A DNA stretch of 64,000 bases. It comes from a virus. Below are positions 58,638 through 64,000 of this stretch, piece after piece. The notes under the pieces are model-generated. The model was given only the letters and a program-made list of their open reading frames with translations, had not been told where the DNA came from and made no database searches. How positions within the stretch are numbered: the first letter of the stretch is position 1; each line of letters begins with the position of its first letter. Position numbers and translations under genes: made by a program. The DNA lies in the IMG/VR virus record IMGVR_UViG_3300005573_000052; one strand, written 5' to 3'.

Positions 58638-58971
58638 GATTTGGCGGGGTTGCTGCCCCACAGTCCGTGCTTGGCCACGCGACGTTTTGGAGATGAAGTT
58701 CGGAATATCCAGCTCCAGAGGGTATACCCCGCTTGGTGCCACCGCTCCGCGTAATAGCGTTCCACCATGCGCCAGAGAGGGGGGTGCCACGCATATCCGT
58801 TACCAGTGTCCCAAGTGCCGCCGATGAAAAAAACAAGCCCGGCGGGTAGACACCACTGGGTCTTGCTTCGAGTGCGATGTGGGAAATTGCGACGGAAAAA
58901 CACCTTGGTTCGGAACCAAGGCTCGGGAGGCAAGAGAGGATGGGGCTGTGGGTAGGACATGATGAGGAAAA

Positions 58972-59937
58972 TCAGGTAATGGGTGTAGTCATCCGCGCCA
59001 CAAAGTCGCGCAATTCGTCAGGGTTCTTCTGGTGGACCAAGTTCCAGTCCTTGAACGACTTGGGCAGGTCTATGATGACCCGGTCCTCGCCAAAATAGGG
59101 GACCAGTTTGGCTCGCAACCGATTCGCGGCGAGATTACCCTCGTCTTTGGGCTTACCGGTCTTGGGGTTGACCGTCAGCGCATCGTTGTTGGTGGAGATA
59201 ACCAGTTGGCGTGGATTGAGGGCGACCAACTTGCCAATGATGCGGCTGTTGAGGTTGAGGCCGAAAAGAAGGAGCCAGTTCCACATGCCACACGAAGCCC
59301 ACGATAATCCGTCTCCGGTCCCCTCAGTGAAAACCACCCGCCCGGTGCGCCGAATCTCGGCCTCGGCCTGTGCGAACGGGTAGATGGCACGGCTAGACCG
59401 GACAAGATGCTTGTGTTTGGGGCGGAACGAGTTCTCCTCGGTGTTGCGACCCGTCCACCCCATGATGCGCCCAGCCTCGTCGCGCACGGGAAAGACGAAA
59501 TAGCCCGACAACTTGTTGAATGGGGTAGCCGGGACAAGCCCGCCCTCAAGCCTCCTGAGCACGTCCTCACTGACCCCGCGCCCGGTCCAATAGCGATAGT
59601 CGGGCAGGAGCTTCTTGAGCGAGTCCTCCGGGTAGACCTTGTCCACGTCAAGACGGGGTTCGGGGTCCACGATCTGGATTTCCAAGCTGGCCAGCGTGGG
59701 CGAGTCAATCCCATCGTAGATGAAAGCCCTGATAGCTTGGTTGTGGGTTGATATTTCGCCGGGCGTCTTGCGGAACTTCGCGCACGAAAAAGCCGAGGTA
59801 GCGCGCCAGATTTTCAAATGGTCGCGATTAGAGTCGCAGCCTTCGGAACGGCAGATCGGGCAAGCGGCAGTCCAACCGTCAGCCGTGGGCTTCAGGTTCT
59901 CCAGCCGGGAAACGAGGAGGTCTTGGAGGGAGGCCAT
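58972..59937 (-). CDS. DNA primase (Zn finger + TOPRIM)
   Basis: CPIC...C...H...C; FP.RD..G...G..GR; TEG..D; P..KDWN. Confidence 0.85.
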   Translation of the reverse strand: MASLQDLLVSRLENLKPTADGWTAACPICRSEGCDSNRDHLKIWRATSAFSCAKFRKTPGEISTHNQAIRAFIYDGIDSPTLASLEIQIVDPEPRLDVDKVYPEDSLKKLLPDYRYWTGRGVSEDVLRRLEGGLVPATPFNKLSGYFVFPVRDEAGRIMGWTGRNTEENSFRPKHKHLVRSSRAIYPFAQAEAEIRRTGRVVFTEGTGDGLSWASCGMWNWLLLFGLNLNSRIIGKLVALNPRQLVISTNNDALTVNPKTGKPKDEGNLAANRLRAKLVPYFGEDRVIIDLPKSFKDWNLVHQKNPDELRDFVARMTTPIT

Positions 59938-59940
59938 GGG

Positions 59941-61452
59941 TTAGATGGGCGCTGCCCCGTTGCTAGCCAGACTACCGCCCAACGTAACCGGCGCATGACC
60001 GAGAGTCTCCAGCATATAGCGCAAGTCACCCTTCTCGGTGAAGTGGAACCCCTCGTTTTCGAGGTTGTAGGCGTTGGTGACAAAGCGTCCGTTGGGCAGC
60101 TTGACCGGGCGAAGCGCCTTGGCAAACTCCTTACCCATCGCCTCGCGCGATTTGACGCAGGTCAATTTCATGTTGCCGAACAGCCCCTTCTCCGCCGCGA
60201 TCTCCTCGGGCACCTTGAACCGGAGAATGAAGCCCCAGTCGGACTGCTGGATGATGCGGTCAGACAACCCCATCTGGTCCTCGCTGTCCACGATGTCGCC
60301 CGCCTTCTTGCCCTGATACGAGCCGGTGCGGTTGTTTTGCACGGAGGTCCAGAAGGATGCTGGTATCTCGTTGGTGATGAGGTTCTTAACATCCTCGACG
60401 TAGTAACCGATGGACTGGTATTCGGCGGTGTTTTTGCCCAGTGCCTCGATACCCTTGAGGTAGTCGTCCAAAATGCAGAACGACTGGCCGCGTCCAACCT
60501 TGTTGTAGGCGTAGCGACGAATCAGCTTGATCTTCTCACGGGGAGACAACCCGCCGATGTTGATGTGGTCGATGCGCAACCTGTCGGCACGGGGGTAGCA
60601 CTCCTCCCTCATGATACGCGCCCACTCCTTGTTCTGAACCCATTCGCCGCTCTTGATGGCCCAAAGAGGGATGCGTCCCTTAGAGAGACAACAGGCGGCG
60701 CGATCCCGGATGCGTTCGCGGGTCATTTCGCCGCAGTCAAGCAGGAGCACCGGCATACCATAGGTTTCAGCCAGATGGACGTGATAGGAGAAACCGAGAG
60801 AGGATTTCGCATTTCCGGTGCGCGCCCCGACACATACGAACAAAGATTCAGCCGTGAGGGCTCCCAGAGTGCGGTTGATGGTTGGAAACGGCCCCATCCA
60901 GCCCATCGTCGCCGCATCAATTGGATTGGCGGCGCGGCGCTCGTTCTCCTCCCGGAACCCGTCAAACACGTTGATGAACTGGTCCGATTGATGATATTCG
61001 GTGGTGATGGAGGTGAGGTTGCGCTCCACAATAGCCGTCATGTCCTCAAAGGTCGCGTTGCCGTCCTGCAACAGTGCCTTCTTGGCCTCGTCCATCTTGG
61101 CAATCAGTTCACGGCGCACAGCCAGCCGCTTCAGCTCTCGGGCATAGGCCGGGGCCTCCTTCTTTTCCGCGAAACGGCAACGCAAGCCACTGAGATAGTC
61201 AAAAATTTCCACGCCGCCAACCAACTGGGTAATCCCAATCGCCTTCATGCGCTCAGTCAACAACATGGGGTCGAGTGAGCCGGGCGGCGTGGCGTTGAGC
61301 TGCAACGCGATGATATCGAACACCGGGCGGTTGGCCTCGCTGAAATCGTCCCGGCCTATCAGATGGAAATCGGCCCAGACGGTCGGGTCTTTGAGGAGAA
61401 TGGCTAGGGCACTGGACTCGACTTCGACGTTGTAGAGGGCGGTGGTGGCCAT
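59941..61452 (-). CDS. dnaB: replicative DnaB-like helicase
   Basis: GART..AKS Walker A, EM....I..R, .DDYL, S.Q.NR, SDRI.Q..D, K.R; start at 61452 by TAATG overlap. Confidence 0.85.
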   Translation of the reverse strand: MATTALYNVEVESSALAILLKDPTVWADFHLIGRDDFSEANRPVFDIIALQLNATPPGSLDPMLLTERMKAIGITQLVGGVEIFDYLSGLRCRFAEKKEAPAYARELKRLAVRRELIAKMDEAKKALLQDGNATFEDMTAIVERNLTSITTEYHQSDQFINVFDGFREENERRAANPIDAATMGWMGPFPTINRTLGALTAESLFVCVGARTGNAKSSLGFSYHVHLAETYGMPVLLLDCGEMTRERIRDRAACCLSKGRIPLWAIKSGEWVQNKEWARIMREECYPRADRLRIDHINIGGLSPREKIKLIRRYAYNKVGRGQSFCILDDYLKGIEALGKNTAEYQSIGYYVEDVKNLITNEIPASFWTSVQNNRTGSYQGKKAGDIVDSEDQMGLSDRIIQQSDWGFILRFKVPEEIAAEKGLFGNMKLTCVKSREAMGKEFAKALRPVKLPNGRFVTNAYNLENEGFHFTEKGDLRYMLETLGHAPVTLGGSLASNGAAPI

Positions 61453-61922
61453 TAGAGGTAAAACGAGGAGAACTTGGTAGAGGCGGCTTTGTGAAACACG
61501 ACTAACACCAATGGTTGAGGCAACCCATGCGCGCTGTCGCCGAACTTGGGACGCCCGCAGATGAACCTGACCTCTGCCGCCGTCATACAATATCGGTGGA
61601 ACCAGCGCGTATTGGTGCGGGCCGGGACAAGCATCACGACCGTCAGCGACTCGTCTGACTGGGACAACTCCCAAGCGCGTTTGATCCAGTCAACCATTTT
61701 GGACTGCCGGTCCCCATAGGGAGGGTTACACCAACAAGTGCCGGTCCACGGTTGGGCGAGCCCATCATCGGCAGAGGTGTAATAGCGCACACACAGGGCG
61801 TTATCGGGGCTTGCGGCTAGATCGGTGGTAAAATGGAACTCAGCATCCAGCTTGGCAAACAGAGACTTGGGTGTGGTCCAGTCCTGTCGGACTGACTGGA
61901 ACTTGTTCTGGAAGGTGGCCAT
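61452..61922 (-). CDS. phage DNA N6-adenine methyltransferase (Dam-type)
   Basis: W.TP...F..L..EF.F..D.AA...NA.C, DGL...W, WCNPPY, V.L.PART.T.WF. Confidence 0.85.
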   Translation of the reverse strand: MATFQNKFQSVRQDWTTPKSLFAKLDAEFHFTTDLAASPDNALCVRYYTSADDGLAQPWTGTCWCNPPYGDRQSKMVDWIKRAWELSQSDESLTVVMLVPARTNTRWFHRYCMTAAEVRFICGRPKFGDSAHGLPQPLVLVVFHKAASTKFSSFYL

Positions 61923-61967
61923 GAAGGGGGTTGGGTAGGTAGAAGGAGACAGCAAAGCGGTCTGCCC

Positions 61968-61997
61968 AGTATAGCCCGGTTGGGGCGGGGGTGTCAA
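61968..61997 (-). promoter_or_regulatory. sigma70-like promoter
   Basis: TTGACA-18-TATACT. Confidence 0.75.
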
Positions 61998-62022
61998 GAC
62001 GAGAATGGGCGGATCAGAGCCT

Positions 62023-62997
62023 CTACTCCCATGTAGCTCGAAGAGTTTCAAGAATCCTAGCCTGAACTCCGTCCGGGTCTTTTTTGATGTCGTTCTCCCA
62101 CAGAAATAGCAAACGGAATCCGTGCTTAGCTGCCAACTTCGCCTTCGTCAAATCCCGCGCACGGGAAGAGCGCTGGGTCTTGTCAAGGTCGGAGTCCTTG
62201 TAAAACAGAGGATTTCCGTGCCAATAGTCGCCATTAGTCTCAATGAGCAGTCCATAATCAGGAAGCCCAATATCAAAAAACTTGATTTCAAGCGGAAACT
62301 GCTTTCGGTAGCCAACCGCCAATTCATCTAACATAGCCGCGACCGCCCTCTCGATAGAGGTGTTCCCAACCGTCATATCACGGGTTTTCCATTTCCACTC
62401 ACGGAATTTATTGGATAGACACGAAATACTGATACCATATTCGTCGGCAATCTCCTGAAGACTAAATGTCCTTTTGTAGTATAGTTCGTGAATCCGATCC
62501 TTCTCTCGATAGACTTTTTTTACTGGCTCGTCAGCAATAGAAGCGACTCCGTGTTTTCTGAATAAGGTCCGAAGAGTAACATCGGTGACTCCGTAAAATT
62601 TGGCCGTTTCGTTAATATCCCCTAGCTCTGCATATTTTTTGACAACGTCCTCTTCCTGTATCCCAAAGCGATGGATAAAATATCTGCGTTTTGAACCATT
62701 AAGAGGAACACCCCAGTTCTTCATCTTGCGAGATACTGTCCATGGCGTTATGCCGAAACGTTCAGCGATTTCATCCAGCGGAACATGCCCCTCATACATC
62801 CTCATCATTTCAGCCTTGTCCTCTTCGGACATCTTGTTCCTGTCAGGATCAAACCTGCCCGCTTTCTTAAGCTGGTATTTAATGGTCGTTCCACTAACCC
62901 CAAACAGCTTTCCTATGTCGCTAAGGGTCTCACCCTTACCGCTGAGTTCGATAATTTTATCTATCTCCTCTTTCGTGAATCCTCTTGACGGTGCCAT
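62023..62997 (-). CDS. multi-HTH protein with Vsr/DUF559-like endonuclease domain, putative homing endonuclease
   Basis: four HTH-like segments; T.IE, FD, IE.NGDYWHG, D..K...A...G..L..LWE.D; AT-rich. Confidence 0.7.
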   Translation of the reverse strand: MAPSRGFTKEEIDKIIELSGKGETLSDIGKLFGVSGTTIKYQLKKAGRFDPDRNKMSEEDKAEMMRMYEGHVPLDEIAERFGITPWTVSRKMKNWGVPLNGSKRRYFIHRFGIQEEDVVKKYAELGDINETAKFYGVTDVTLRTLFRKHGVASIADEPVKKVYREKDRIHELYYKRTFSLQEIADEYGISISCLSNKFREWKWKTRDMTVGNTSIERAVAAMLDELAVGYRKQFPLEIKFFDIGLPDYGLLIETNGDYWHGNPLFYKDSDLDKTQRSSRARDLTKAKLAAKHGFRLLFLWENDIKKDPDGVQARILETLRATWE

Positions 62998-62999
62998 TC

Positions 63000-63998
63000 T
63001 CAGTTCTCCGGCTCAGACTGAAAGATGGTCTCCAGTCCGTTCTCCCCGTAAAGGAACGCCATCGCGCACCGGACAGCTCCGACATACCCGTTAGACTGGT
63101 GATAATTGTCACTCCCAGACAAAGACGGGAGAATCCACACTTGCACTCCAACATACTCCTTTAAACTGAGATGGTGAAAATGACCAAGAAACCACACCCG
63201 GCGCTTGCATTTAGCCCAAAGGTCGGCACGCTCGTTGGCTCCAAGCAGGGGAAGTTGATCTTGCTTGATAGTGTCACCATGGGTCAGACCGAAAACAGTG
63301 TTACCAAAGCTGTAGTATTTGCGAGGCTTAAACTGGTTGTCGATGGTCACATTGGTGTCAGCGTGATACCAGCACTCCAAGGCGTCACCTAAATGAAACA
63401 TGCTTTCCCGTTCATGGTTGCCGCAGATAACAATTACGTCCACCGGAGCAATCTGCCGGAGATAGTCAATGGCCTCGACCAGTAGTTTTCTTGCCTCACG
63501 GAAAATCTTGGGGAAACGCCCATCAACTGATTGCGGCGTCCCGGCGCTGGTCTCGTGGTCGTCTCCGTCGCAAGTAAGGTAATCGTTACCTACCGGGAAA
63601 AGTATTCGTGAGATATTGCCTTGAACCTTGGCCTTTGCCACCAAGTCATACAACGCCCGCATAAACATGGTTTTGGCAATCTTGAGGTCGTAATTCTCTC
63701 CGTCCTGCTCGGCCCATGATAGCTTACCCAAATGGGCGTCGAAAATGCTAACAACCAACAGTTTACCCTCGGACGGAGAAGGGGTGTATTTCACCGGTTT
63801 GTATTCCGGGGCGAAGGCTTGCAAATCCGCTTTCAGGTCCGCCGCGAGAACAGTATCAATCGCAATTTCCCGCTTGGCGAATCGAGCATTCCATGAGAAT
63901 CCCTTCGCCCCGCGTCTGATGGAAAATCCCCGACTCTCCCATTGATTGGTGTCAACGGAGCACAGAGAAATGACCTCCTCAATCGTCGCGGCCTTGGA
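63000..63998 (-). CDS. calcineurin-like metallophosphoesterase (5' end outside window)
   Basis: DAH.G, GND, GNHE, HGD, GH.HH; frame stays open to the window edge. Confidence 0.8.
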   Translation of the reverse strand, partial: SKAATIEEVISLCSVDTNQWESRGFSIRRGAKGFSWNARFAKREIAIDTVLAADLKADLQAFAPEYKPVKYTPSPSEGKLLVVSIFDAHLGKLSWAEQDGENYDLKIAKTMFMRALYDLVAKAKVQGNISRILFPVGNDYLTCDGDDHETSAGTPQSVDGRFPKIFREARKLLVEAIDYLRQIAPVDVIVICGNHERESMFHLGDALECWYHADTNVTIDNQFKPRKYYSFGNTVFGLTHGDTIKQDQLPLLGANERADLWAKCKRRVWFLGHFHHLSLKEYVGVQVWILPSLSGSDNYHQSNGYVGAVRCAMAFLYGENGLETIFQSEPEN

Positions 63999-64000
63999 TG

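Noticed and set aside
59818-61278. 486-aa plus-strand ORF
   Set aside because: Antisense shadow of dnaB in GC-rich DNA; no motifs.
1-64000. tRNA or rRNA genes
   Set aside because: No T-loop/CCA cloverleaf or rRNA signature seen by eye despite the CCA and RtcB genes; tRNAscan-SE would confirm.
1-64000. Stop-codon reassignment
   Set aside because: Core genes are full length in the standard code, and TAA, TAG and TGA all end genes.

Overview
A 64-kb piece of a large, GC-rich, lytic-type dsDNA phage genome. Nearly every gene is on the minus strand; I see no tRNA, rRNA, CRISPR array, virion gene or integrase. The left ~29 kb is a dense run of small accessory genes: a signal-peptide lysozyme, Dps, a DUF6745 repeat protein, an amidoligase-like protein, DUF4326 and a small alarmone hydrolase. 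The 29-46 kb region holds counter-defence and metabolic modules: RtcB + Pol-beta (RlaP-like) nucleotidyltransferase + CCA-adding enzyme; SLOG; PurA-like + vWA + pseudokinase; a BCS1-like AAA; and a PRPP-synthetase-like + HAD + NAMPT operon resembling NARP1. The 46-64 kb region is the replication module: a split DnaE with a 128-aa mini-intein, DEDDh exonuclease, separate PHP gene, PD-(D/E)xK nuclease, primase, DnaB, Dam-type methyltransferase and metallophosphoesterase. Four AT-richer putative homing endonucleases are scattered through the window. I counted 29 sigma70-like promoters of the form TTGACN-18-TAnnnT. Start codons lack Shine-Dalgarno motifs and a PEP-CTERM micro-protein is present, which suggests (inference only) a Verrucomicrobiota-like host. 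The most striking feature is at 8454-9652: four integron-type gene cassettes with attC-like sites. Each cassette's start matches its own R'' box perfectly, yet the genes run on the bottom strand, start inside the attC loop and end inside the neighbouring attC. All product calls come from motif recognition by eye; no database search was run.
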